Shown one piece after another: positions 52,304-60,997 of a stretch of DNA of 64,000 bases (positions are counted from its first letter, which is position 1; every line of letters starts with the position of its first letter). The stretch comes from Alphaproteobacteria bacterium. Lineage in GTDB: Bacteria > Pseudomonadota > Alphaproteobacteria > GCA-2731375. The notes beneath the pieces are model-generated. The model saw nothing but the letters and a program-made list of their open reading frames with translations. It was not told where the DNA came from and did not search any database. Both the position numbers and the translations under genes were made by a program. Location of the stretch: contig CBDDPY010000002.1 of the NCBI GenBank assembly GCA_965232515.1, positions 960,001-1,024,000 of the forward strand. Reading direction: 5' to 3'.

Positions 52304-52948
52304 CTAGACCCTCAAGCCCCGGCGTCGTCGCGCAAGGACAAGACCGCCGAGACCGAGGCCGAGCAGGGCGAGCGTGCCGGGCTCGGGCACTTGCGATACC
52401 TGTTCGCGCGTCGATTCAAAGCCGACCGTCAACCGCAGCCGGAAGGAATCCGGCTGGCCGACCGTATCGCCCAGAAACGTCGTCGTATTGGGCGTATCGC
52501 CGAGCGCATTGTCGACCGTGTTCGGGAACCCAAAGGTGCCATTCGTCACGAAACTCGAGACGAAGCTGGCGAATTCGTTGCCGGACGGAAGGCTGAGCGC
52601 CACCCGGCTGATATTCAATCCGCCGTCGGCCGCATTGTCGAAGATGGCGGTAATCGACAGGAAGGCGCCGTCGGGATTGAACGTGCCGTCGGCGTCCGAA
52701 TAGAAGAAGTCGTAGAATTCGTTCGAGTTCGACTGAAAATCGCTGTTCGCGGCGGACAGCCGGTCGTTGAGACGCGTCGTGATGACCGACCCGTTCGGCA
52801 GCATGTTGAACGGGGTCTCGACGCCGCTCCTCTCGAACACGACGACACCTGCCAGGCCGGGCAAATCCCTGATGGGGACCGCTTGCGCCGCCGATCCCGC
52901 CATCAAAAGAACACCTATCGCCGGTACCAGGTAACGCAGCAGGCTCAT
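52304..52948 (-). CDS. PEP-CTERM sorting domain protein
   Basis: Signal peptide ending AQA; C-terminal VPEPGTLALLGLGLGGLVLARRRR. Start ATG 52948 with AGGAG RBS. Confidence 0.92.
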   Translation of the reverse strand: MSLLRYLVPAIGVLLMAGSAAQAVPIRDLPGLAGVVVFERSGVETPFNMLPNGSVITTRLNDRLSAANSDFQSNSNEFYDFFYSDADGTFNPDGAFLSITAIFDNAADGGLNISRVALSLPSGNEFASFVSSFVTNGTFGFPNTVDNALGDTPNTTTFLGDTVGQPDSFRLRLTVGFESTREQVSQVPEPGTLALLGLGLGGLVLARRRRGLRV

Positions 52949-53036
52949 GGTTGCACTCCTTTCCCTTGCATCAGCCGGTTCCGGGCCTCGATTGCCGGGT
53001 GACGGCAGATGTCCGCGGTTGCCCCGAAGGATCTGA

Positions 53037-53052
53037 AGCAGGGAACATGCCA
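53037..53052 (-). promoter_or_regulatory. Sigma54 -24/-12 promoter of the PEP-CTERM gene
   Basis: Minus strand TGGCATGTTCCCTGCT (GG-N10-GC). Confidence 0.7.
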
Positions 53053-53104
53053 AAGGAAAAGTTCTTTTATTTTCAGCTAGTTATCGAAACGAGCTTACGA
53101 GGGC

Positions 53105-53214
53105 TGTAAGGCTATCCGACTCGTCTGTTTGCATGAGGCGATCACGGATTTTCGCGGTTTTCCGCCGGTTTCAGCCCGACAGACGCCGTCACGGGACTGT
53201 CAATTTCACCGACA
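53105..53214. promoter_or_regulatory. Two TGT-N11-AC(A/T) enhancer-like boxes (PrsR-type)
   Basis: TGTAAGGCTATCCGACT (53105-53121) and TGTCAATTTCACCGACA (53198-53214) lie upstream of the sigma54 site, with an AT-rich tract between box and promoter. Confidence 0.55.
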
Positions 53215-53228
53215 CGGCGGAGCGCCGG

Positions 53229-54386
53229 TCAGCGGGCCGGCAGATCGATGGTGTTGATCAGGCGGATCAGGTCGGCCTGACGGCCGGTATTGGTCTTTCG
53301 CATGGCGCGGGCCAGGTGGCTGCGCGCCGTGTTGACACTGATGTCGTGCTCGGTTGCGTAGGTTCTCAAAGTATCGCCGCGGTAAAGTGCGATCGCGAGG
53401 CGCGTCTCGGCCCGCGTCAGCTTGAAGACGTTACGCAATATCCGGGCGGCCGACGCCGCGCCGCGAGCCGGATCCTGAACGAACACCGCGACCGCCGGAC
53501 GCTGCGCGTCGGCATAGAGATCGGCGGACAGGCGATCGGCATGGGGGAGAGGGCGCACGGCCAGAATCAGCGCCGGTCGGCCGTCGGCGCGCGGCGCCAG
53601 GACTTCGTCGCCCGCGCTGGTGGGCTCGCCGGCGCGGGTCTGCAGCGCACGGGCGACGGCCCGGCCAAGATCGCGGGCCGCCCATGATGCCCGCGGCAGC
53701 AATTCGCCGGCCACGATCTCCAGGGCGTCTCGCTGGGCCACCAGCCTGGCTGCCGCATGGTTGCAGAACAGGACGCGCGCGTCCGCGTCCAGCAGCACGA
53801 CGCCATCGGCCAGCTGGTCCAGCGTCGCCTGCAGCGAGTCCTCCTGCCGGCGCCAGGCCCGCAGCCGCATTTGCAGGTCCAGCGCTTGACCGACATGGGG
53901 CAGCAACCGGGTCAGGGTCGCGATATCCGCCGTATCGACATGTCCTTGGCCGACCGTCCGCTGGGCCGTGATCAGGCTGAAGTACCGATCGTCGTTGCGC
54001 AACGTGCCGGCGATGAAATAGCGGAAATCGTCCCGGCGCAGGAAATCGGCGTAGAACGGATCGCGGTCCATTTCCGCTTCCGTGATCAGCAGGCGGTCAT
54101 GGGCGATGTGGCCGCTGGGATGGCGGTTGATGTGCTGCAGGCGGGGACAGATCGCCGCATAGTGGTCGAGATAGTCCTGAATGCCGTGATCCGGCAGCCG
54201 GGCGCCGCGAAAGAAGGCGGGCGTGGCCGCCTTCTTGTCGATGATTTCCAAGGTGGCGCCGGTCGCGCCCAGGCACTCGGCCACGTTCGTCAGGGCGTCC
54301 GCCCAAAGCTGCTCGTCGAGCGCGGCCGCGTAGACCTGCTCGATCACGACCCCCGGCTCCGCATCGCCGTGCCGGCGAGGTGTCAT
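53229..54386 (-). CDS. LuxR-type HTH regulator with N-terminal sensor and PAS-like domains (copy B)
   Basis: Same length (385 aa) and collinear with 51032-52189, including the identical end LIRLINTIDLPAR. Confidence 0.88.
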   Translation of the reverse strand: MTPRRHGDAEPGVVIEQVYAAALDEQLWADALTNVAECLGATGATLEIIDKKAATPAFFRGARLPDHGIQDYLDHYAAICPRLQHINRHPSGHIAHDRLLITEAEMDRDPFYADFLRRDDFRYFIAGTLRNDDRYFSLITAQRTVGQGHVDTADIATLTRLLPHVGQALDLQMRLRAWRRQEDSLQATLDQLADGVVLLDADARVLFCNHAAARLVAQRDALEIVAGELLPRASWAARDLGRAVARALQTRAGEPTSAGDEVLAPRADGRPALILAVRPLPHADRLSADLYADAQRPAVAVFVQDPARGAASAARILRNVFKLTRAETRLAIALYRGDTLRTYATEHDISVNTARSHLARAMRKTNTGRQADLIRLINTIDLPAR

Positions 54387-54531
54387 CTTCCTTCAGCCGT
54401 CGGCCGGGCCGACCGCTCCCGCAATGGCGCCCTCTGTGGAAAGCTTACGCCACATCGGCGAACCGGCGCCAGGGGCGGGATGGGTCCAGTTCAGGCCTTT
54501 GTGGCCGATGGATTCCGGTGGAAAAAGCAAA

Positions 54532-54560
54532 GGCCCGACACGCCTGAGACGCGCCGGGCC
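54532..54560 (-). terminator. Rho-independent terminator after the carbonic anhydrase gene
   Basis: GGCCCG...CGGGCC stem followed on the minus strand by TTTGCTTTTT. Confidence 0.6.
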
Positions 54561-54603
54561 CTTCACCCCGTACAGATGGGGCGTACTATTCAGTGGACGT
54601 TTG

Positions 54604-55500
54604 TCAGTTCACGTTGGCAGGCGCCAGCAGCAGCCGGTTGTTGACCGCCTGCAGCGGCCGCGCGTTGTTGCCGCGGACGGCCTTGGCGAAACGCTCGGCC
54701 TGTTGGGCGCTGACCGTAATCGGCTCCTGCAGGACCAGCCAGTTGACGCCCTCGCTGCAGGGCGGCGTGGTCAGCGAGCCGATATAACGATAATAGGTCT
54801 GATCGCGCGGCAGCAGGTCCCGCGCATTGATCGTTATGTTGGCGGATTCCTTCTCGGCCGACCGGCGCTGCGGCATGCCGTGCCAGATCTCGCGCAGCGC
54901 CAAATTCTCCTCGCCGGCCTTCATCATGGCGGCAACCACGGCCAGCTGGCCGTCGGCGCTTTTGTGTACGAACTGCACCTCCATCAGGGTGCGCTCGCCG
55001 CCGATCGCATGCTCGCTGGGCGTATGGAAGTGGAAGTGCAGCAGTTCATAGCGCTTGCCCTTGACGGTGATGCTGCTGCCGGGCGCGTAGTTGACCTGCA
55101 CGGTGTTGCCGTTGTGATGCACCTTCATCGGCGTCAGGTGGTAGTCGAATTCGATCTGGCCGGTGGCGTTGCCGTCGGCGGCGTCGATATCGATCGGCGA
55201 CTGCGCCTGGCCGTCCTTGCACATGTGATAGTCGCTGGACAGCTCGCCCCAGTGCTCGGGCCCGCCCTTGCCGTCATAGCTCCAGTCATTCTTGGCCTTG
55301 GCGCGCGACTTTCCAACGATGCTGAGCGTATCCCGCGGCGCGCCGCCGTCGGCTTCAGCGCTCTTGGCGGCCAGCGTCGGCTTCGCGGGGCTCTCACCGA
55401 CATCGGTGCCGGCGCCGAGGCCGGTCGAGGCGGCATATCCGACGGTCATCAGACCAAAGCTTGCCGCGACGAACGCGATTGAAGAGATCGAGACTTTCAT
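54604..55500 (-). CDS. Exported alpha-class carbonic anhydrase-like protein with substituted active-site residues
   Basis: Signal peptide, WSYDG..GPEHWG, C..G..QSPIDI, FHFHTPSEH, GSLTTPPCSEGVNW, NNARPLQ. Start ATG 55500 with GGAGG RBS. Confidence 0.9.
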   Translation of the reverse strand: MKVSISSIAFVAASFGLMTVGYAASTGLGAGTDVGESPAKPTLAAKSAEADGGAPRDTLSIVGKSRAKAKNDWSYDGKGGPEHWGELSSDYHMCKDGQAQSPIDIDAADGNATGQIEFDYHLTPMKVHHNGNTVQVNYAPGSSITVKGKRYELLHFHFHTPSEHAIGGERTLMEVQFVHKSADGQLAVVAAMMKAGEENLALREIWHGMPQRRSAEKESANITINARDLLPRDQTYYRYIGSLTTPPCSEGVNWLVLQEPITVSAQQAERFAKAVRGNNARPLQAVNNRLLLAPANVN

Positions 55501-55670
55501 GCTTCCTCCAAAACTCGCCCCCAAGACGCCGCCGCGACGGTGTCGGGCTGCGGCCAATTGGTTGTCTCGAAATGTGCGAGAATTTGCTTAACAGCCGGTT
55601 TACCGTGACCAAGAAGATCCGACGGCGGCGGACGCGAAGTCAGACTGCCGGGTCGCGGCGGGGAAATGGA

Positions 55671-55700
55671 AACCCGGCCGCACGTACGCGCGGCCGGGTT
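55671..55700 (-). terminator. Hairpin/terminator after the first chemoreceptor gene
   Basis: AACCCGGCCGC / GCGGCCGGGTT 11-bp stem. Confidence 0.6.
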
Positions 55701-55729
55701 CTGGTTACGCGGTACAGGACGACGTCGGC

Positions 55730-58700
55730 CTAGAACTCTTCCCACTCCTCGTCAGCCTGCTCGGCGACCGCCGCGGCGGCCGCACCGCCACCGCCGACCG
55801 CGGCCACCTTGGTCTCCAGCTTCTTTTGCTGCTGGTGGACCGGATTGCCGCCGGACGGCGCCGAGGCCGGGGCAGGGGCCGAATCCAGGCCCAGCTCGTC
55901 CTCTTCCTCGCCGGTCTTGAAGAAGCTCACCAGCTTCTTCAGATCGTCGACCTGCGCCGTCGTCGAGTGCAGCGCCGCCGTGGTCTCTTCCACCAGGGCC
56001 GCGTTCTGCTGCGTCATCTCGTCCATGTTCGACACCGCCGTGCCGACCTCGTCGATACCCGAGGCCTGTTCCTTGCTGGCCGCGGCGATGTCCGAGATGA
56101 TGTCGGCCACCTTCTTCACCGAGTTGACGATCTCTTCCAGAGAGGTGCCGGCCTTCTGCACTAGGCCGACGCCGTCGCGAACCTGGCTGTCCGAGTTGCT
56201 GATCAGGTCCTTGATCTCCTTGGAGGCCCGACCCGACCGCTGGGCCAGCGCCCGGACCTCGGTGGCGACCACGGCGAAACCCTTGCCGGCCTCGCCGGCG
56301 CGCGCCGCCTCGACCGCCGCGTTCAGCGCCAGCAGGTTGGTCTGGAAGGCGATCTCGTCGATCATGCCGACGATCTCGGTGATCTGCTTCGACGAGTCCT
56401 CGATCTTGCTCATGGCATCGACCGCCGAAGCGACGACGTCGCCGCCGGTGCTGGCCGCATCGCGGGCCGCGACCGCCAGCTGATTGGCCTGCTGGGCGTT
56501 GTCGGCATTCTGGCGCACCGTCGCCGACAGCTCCTCCATCGAGGCCGCGGTCTCCTCCAGCGACGAGGCCTGCTGCTCGGTGCGTGACGACAGGTCGCCG
56601 GCGCCGGCCGCGATTTCCGACGTGGCGTCGCTGACCGTGCCGGTGGCGCCGACGATCCGCTTGGCGATGCCGCCGATCTTCTCGGCCATCTTGTTCGAGT
56701 CGTCCTTCAGCTTCAGGAACGTGCCCTTATAGTCGCCAGCGATGCGCTGGGTCAGGTCGCCCTGGGCCATCGCCGCCATCACCGAGACCGTCTCGTTCAG
56801 GCCGCGGTCGACGGTGCCGACCAGCTCGTTCATACCCTTCGCCAGCTCCAGCATGAAGCCCTGCTTGCCGGATTCCTCCAGCCGCTGGCTGAAGTCGCCG
56901 GCGCCCGCCGAGGCCACCAGTCCGGCAATCTCGTGCTCGACAGCCAGTTGCGCCGTCACGTCGGACCATTCCACCGAGGTGCCGACGCGCTCTCCACCGG
57001 CGCCGAACACCGGCGTCACCACCAGATCGAAGGTCAGACCGGCGACTTCCACACGGCCGTTATGCGTCGAACGCAGGCCGTCCAGCAGGTTGCGCTGATG
57101 CGACGGGTTCTTGTGGAACACGTCGATGTTGGTGCCGATCAGGGTGTTCAGATCGAAGGCCGGCAACTCCTTGCGGATGTCGCCCTCGCGGCTGCGGAAC
57201 AGCTCGATCAGCGCCTTGTTGACATAGACGATGTTGTAGTCGGCATCCGAGATCATGAAGTTGGTCTGGGTGCCGTCCATCGTCGCCTTGGCCCGCGCCA
57301 TCTCCTCGTCGCTGATCAGCTTCTCGGTAATATCCATCCACTGGACAGACGTGGCGATGCGCTCGCCCTTGTCATTGAAGGCCGGCGTCACCACCAGATC
57401 GAAGGTCACGCCGCCGACAGTCAGCCGGCTTTCATGCGGTTGCCGCAGCCCGTTCAGGATGCCGCGCTGGTGCGCGGGGTTCTTGTGGAACACGTCGATG
57501 TTGGTGCCGATCAGGTTCTTGGCGTCGAGGTTCGGCAGATCCTGCCGCATCTCCGCCTCGCGGCTTTCGAACAGCTCGTGCGCCGACTTGTTCATGTAGA
57601 CGATGTTGTAGTCGGTATCGGCAATCATGAAGCTCGCAGACGCGTTGTCCAACGCCGAGCGCGCCTGCGCGGCTTCACGGCCGATTTCGCGGATCTTGTC
57701 CACCGAGCGGGCCATATCGCCCAGCTCGTCCTTCTGGTTCATGCACGGCAGCTCGATGTTCGCATCGCCGCCCGCCAGCAGCTCGACGGCGCCGCTCATG
57801 GCGGAGATGGGACGCGAGATGGCGCGGCCGATCACGAAGGCCAGCAGCGTGCCGACCACCAGCGCGACCAATGCGACGATCAAGCCGACATATTCCGCCG
57901 TCTGAATCGCCGTCGTGGCGCGGGGACCGAGCTCGTCCTGAAGCTGCTTGTTGTGCAGCTTCATGTCTTCCATCTCGCCGGCGACCTTCGGCCCGATCGT
58001 GTCGAGCGTGTCCGAGATGATGGCGTTGCGCTTGGTGATCAGGCCGATGACCTCGTTGAAGGCGGCATGATAGGCGGCGGCGCCGTCGCTGACGTCACTC
58101 GCCAGCCGCTGGCGGGTCGGGTTCTGCAACTCGCTGCGCATCTGGTTCGCGACCTTACCGAATTCGTCCAGTTCCTGGTTCGCCCGGTTGGCGCTCGCCT
58201 CGGAGTTGTCGACCAGGAAGCGGTAGGCATAAAGCCGCGCCAGCAGCAGATGCCGCAGCGCCGCGCCGGCGAGGAAGCTGGCGTCTGGATCGCCGTCTTC
58301 ATAGGCGCTCTGCATGATCTTGGTCAGGTTGCGCTCGGCCTGCGGACCGAGCTCGTTCATCCGCCCGACGACCTCGTTGCGCTTGTGGAACAGTTCGACG
58401 ACCTCGTTGAAGCCGCTCTGATAGGCCTCGATTTCGTTAACCGCCGTCTCGACCGCCTGAATTTCCTCCGGCGCATTGAACAGCTCCGTCGCACCGTTGG
58501 CGACATCGAGCGTGGCCTGCACGCGTTGGCGCACCGCCTCTGCCGACTCGTCCGTCTGCTGCAGGATGAAGTTCTTCACATTCAGTCGCGCCGTCAGCAG
58601 ATTGGCCTGGATCCGTCCCAGCTCGTTGGTCTGGCGGGCCAGTCCGCGGTAGTCGGTGAAATGCTCGTTGGCGCCGACCAGCCCGAAAAACCCGGTGCCG

Positions 58701-58822
58701 GCGGCGATCAACAACAGCACCAGGATCACAGCGGAGCCGACGCCGATTTTCTGACCGACCTTCAGATTAGAGAAAAGGTTGCCGCGTGACTTTTTTCCCG
58801 CGGTTTCGTTCTTCACTGACAT
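55730..58822 (-). CDS. Methyl-accepting chemotaxis protein: TM - large helical (HBM-like) sensor - TM - HAMP - 2 Aer2-like PAS - signalling domain - pentapeptide
   Basis: [33 protein letters not shown]; two [17 protein letters not shown] motifs; ends EWEEF. Confidence 0.95.
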   Translation of the reverse strand: MSVKNETAGKKSRGNLFSNLKVGQKIGVGSAVILVLLLIAAGTGFFGLVGANEHFTDYRGLARQTNELGRIQANLLTARLNVKNFILQQTDESAEAVRQRVQATLDVANGATELFNAPEEIQAVETAVNEIEAYQSGFNEVVELFHKRNEVVGRMNELGPQAERNLTKIMQSAYEDGDPDASFLAGAALRHLLLARLYAYRFLVDNSEASANRANQELDEFGKVANQMRSELQNPTRQRLASDVSDGAAAYHAAFNEVIGLITKRNAIISDTLDTIGPKVAGEMEDMKLHNKQLQDELGPRATTAIQTAEYVGLIVALVALVVGTLLAFVIGRAISRPISAMSGAVELLAGGDANIELPCMNQKDELGDMARSVDKIREIGREAAQARSALDNASASFMIADTDYNIVYMNKSAHELFESREAEMRQDLPNLDAKNLIGTNIDVFHKNPAHQRGILNGLRQPHESRLTVGGVTFDLVVTPAFNDKGERIATSVQWMDITEKLISDEEMARAKATMDGTQTNFMISDADYNIVYVNKALIELFRSREGDIRKELPAFDLNTLIGTNIDVFHKNPSHQRNLLDGLRSTHNGRVEVAGLTFDLVVTPVFGAGGERVGTSVEWSDVTAQLAVEHEIAGLVASAGAGDFSQRLEESGKQGFMLELAKGMNELVGTVDRGLNETVSVMAAMAQGDLTQRIAGDYKGTFLKLKDDSNKMAEKIGGIAKRIVGATGTVSDATSEIAAGAGDLSSRTEQQASSLEETAASMEELSATVRQNADNAQQANQLAVAARDAASTGGDVVASAVDAMSKIEDSSKQITEIVGMIDEIAFQTNLLALNAAVEAARAGEAGKGFAVVATEVRALAQRSGRASKEIKDLISNSDSQVRDGVGLVQKAGTSLEEIVNSVKKVADIISDIAAASKEQASGIDEVGTAVSNMDEMTQQNAALVEETTAALHSTTAQVDDLKKLVSFFKTGEEEDELGLDSAPAPASAPSGGNPVHQQQKKLETKVAAVGGGGAAAAAVAEQADEEWEEF

Positions 58823-59096
58823 GAACTGTTCCTTGGCGACTGATTCGTTTGAAGCAATGCCTGTTACGGCATGTTGACCAGGTTTTGGCCGTGACCCTGG
58901 TCGCCCCCGCCACCGTCGCCACGCACCGAGAATCTCGCTGTCTCACGCCCCCTAAGGCGTACTACAGACAGCCGTATTCAGATCGAAAACAGTAAAAATG
59001 ACATTAAAATATGATATAAATCCATGTTAATAACTTGGTAAATCATGTTGATTTAGTTCAATGTTTTCGTAATTACGGTTAAATATTTAGTATTTT

Positions 59097-60077
59097 CTAA
59101 TAAACTGATTTTTCTGACAATCCGGACCTAAATGCCTGTTTCCGCTTTGCCGCGTACATCGACGCATCGGCGCTGCGGACCAGGACATCGGCATCACGCC
59201 CATGCAGCGGATGGACAGCGACGCCGATGCTGACGCCGAGACGGACAATGTTCCCATAGCGAAGAATCGGCTCGTCGAACGCAGAACGAAGACGTTCGCG
59301 CGCCTGTGCCGCCGCCGCGACGGTGACATCCGTGTCCATCAACAGAACGAATTCGTCGCCGCCCAGCCGGGCGAGGGTGTCGGACTCCCGGGTCCGCGCC
59401 TGCATGCGGGTTGCCGCGGCCCGCAGGGCCGCGTCGCCGGCTTCATGGCCAAGCCTGTCGTTGATCGCCTTGAAGCCGTCGAGGTCCATCAACATCACCG
59501 CCAGCATCTCGCCAGTACGCCGGCAGCGCGCCAAGCCATTCTCCAGGCGGTCGTAAAACAAGGTGCGGCTGGCAAGGCCGGTCAGCGCGTCGTAATAGGC
59601 GAGCTGATGCAGCTCCGCGTGGGCCGCGTGCAAGGCGCGGTTGGTTGCATTCAAGGCCTCGATTTTCTCCGCCAGCTCCCGTCGCGCCTCGACCTCGGCC
59701 GAGACGTCCTTTTGGATACCGACGAAGTTGATCAGGCGGCCGGTCTGGTCGATGACGGGATTGATTGTCAGCTCGTTCCAGAACACCGCGCCGCTCTTGC
59801 GATAATTCAGCAGGCGCAGGGTCACCCCGCGCCGATCGTGCAACGCCGATCGGATGGCGTCGATCGCGTCCGCGTCGGTGTCAGGCCCTTGCAGAAGCCG
59901 GCAGCTGCGCCCGACGACCTCGTTCTCGGCATACCCCGTCAGCGCCAGAAAGGCGGGGTTGGCATAGACGATCGGGTTGTCGGGCAGGTGCGGATCGCTC
60001 AGCACGACGCCCGTCGACGTCGCCGCAACGGCTGCGGCAAAACCCGTATCGACGTCCGGTTTGCCGAGCATACCCAT
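59097..60077 (-). CDS. LOV-domain diguanylate cyclase
   Basis: DNPIVYANPAF..LTGY, GRSCRLLQG (photoactive Cys kept), NYRK.G..FWN, GIQ; DALTGL, RESD I-site, GGDEF. Start probably ATG 60077. Confidence 0.9.
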   Translation of the reverse strand: MGMLGKPDVDTGFAAAVAATSTGVVLSDPHLPDNPIVYANPAFLALTGYAENEVVGRSCRLLQGPDTDADAIDAIRSALHDRRGVTLRLLNYRKSGAVFWNELTINPVIDQTGRLINFVGIQKDVSAEVEARRELAEKIEALNATNRALHAAHAELHQLAYYDALTGLASRTLFYDRLENGLARCRRTGEMLAVMLMDLDGFKAINDRLGHEAGDAALRAAATRMQARTRESDTLARLGGDEFVLLMDTDVTVAAAAQARERLRSAFDEPILRYGNIVRLGVSIGVAVHPLHGRDADVLVRSADASMYAAKRKQAFRSGLSEKSVY

Positions 60078-60172
60078 GGCGCCGATCACACACGAAATTC
60101 CCGAATATGGGATTAATCGCACCCATACGCATGCTTGCCCATGGGCCTGAAAAACCATACCTTCCGCTGCGT

Positions 60173-60249
<77 letters not shown>

Positions 60250-60283
60250 ACATGGGTAAATCGGCAATCGGCGGCGATACGGT

Positions 60284-60607
60284 ATGAAGGCGATCATTTA
60301 TCAACCGGCACGAACGGCGATGCAGTCGGGACGCGCCAAGACGAAGGACTGGCTGATCCAATTCGATCAGGAGGCGGCCCGCAAGATCGACCCTCTGATG
60401 GGCTGGACGTCGTCGGCCGATACCAAGCAGCAACTGCAGCTGCGTTTCGACAGCCGCGATGCCGCCATAGCTTTCTGTGACAAGCATGGCCTGCCGTACG
60501 ATGTCCGGGAGCCGCACAAACGCAAGGTACGGCCAAAGTCCTACGCGGAGAATTTCAGCTATTATTCGGTCCGTGGTCCCGGCACCACGCCGCTTCCGCG
60601 CCCTTAG
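60284..60607 (+). CDS. ETC complex I accessory subunit (NDUFS4-like)
   Basis: IYQPARTAMQSG, DPLMGWTSS.DT.QQ, KSYAENF. Confidence 0.93.
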   Translation: MKAIIYQPARTAMQSGRAKTKDWLIQFDQEAARKIDPLMGWTSSADTKQQLQLRFDSRDAAIAFCDKHGLPYDVREPHKRKVRPKSYAENFSYYSVRGPGTTPLPRP

Positions 60608-60674
60608 CTCAGCTGGATAGAGCAGCTGCCTTCTAAGCAGCAGGTCGCAGGTTCGAGTCCTGCAGGGCGCGCCA
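60598..60674 (+). tRNA. tRNA-Arg (UCU)
   Basis: Acceptor GCGCCCT/AGGGCGC, anticodon loop CT-TCT-AA, GGTTCGAGTCC, CCA. Confidence 0.97.
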
Positions 60675-60729
60675 CTCCTCGCACATCTGACGGCGGACAA
60701 GCGTCGACGGGTTGCGCCGTCCCTCTACA

Positions 60730-60960
60730 TCAGAGCAATGCGGCGTCGAACCACACCTTCGGTTCCTCGGCGCCAACGCTGAAGCGCCAGTCCCAGGTAG
60801 GGCGCGACCACCGGACACAGCGCGGCGAAGTCTCTGACCCGCACGACATTGACGAAGCCGATGTCGTCGGGATCGGCATCGCCGGTCCAGATATGCCAAC
60901 CCGTTTCCTTGTCCGTCGCCGCGTGCCGCAACCCATGAACGACATCGCTCTGTCCGGACG
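60730..60960 (-). pseudogene. Frameshifted, 5'-truncated Imm33-like immunity protein remnant
   Basis: One frame reads VHGLRH...ETGWHIWTG...CPVVAPYLGL; a second frame continues DWRFSVGAEEPKVWFDAALL*. Confidence 0.6.
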
Positions 60961-60997
60961 GCCGAGCCCTCTCTGAGTGCGTGATTGCCGACGACGT

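Noticed and set aside
55600-55730. Possible c-di-GMP or other riboswitch between the MCP and carbonic anhydrase genes
   Set aside because: No GEMM consensus is recognisable; there is only a simple terminator-like hairpin.
60598-60997. Integrative element attached at tRNA-Arg (also considered for tRNA-Glu and tRNA-Pro)
   Set aside because: No integrase and no duplicated tRNA 3' end are visible in the window.
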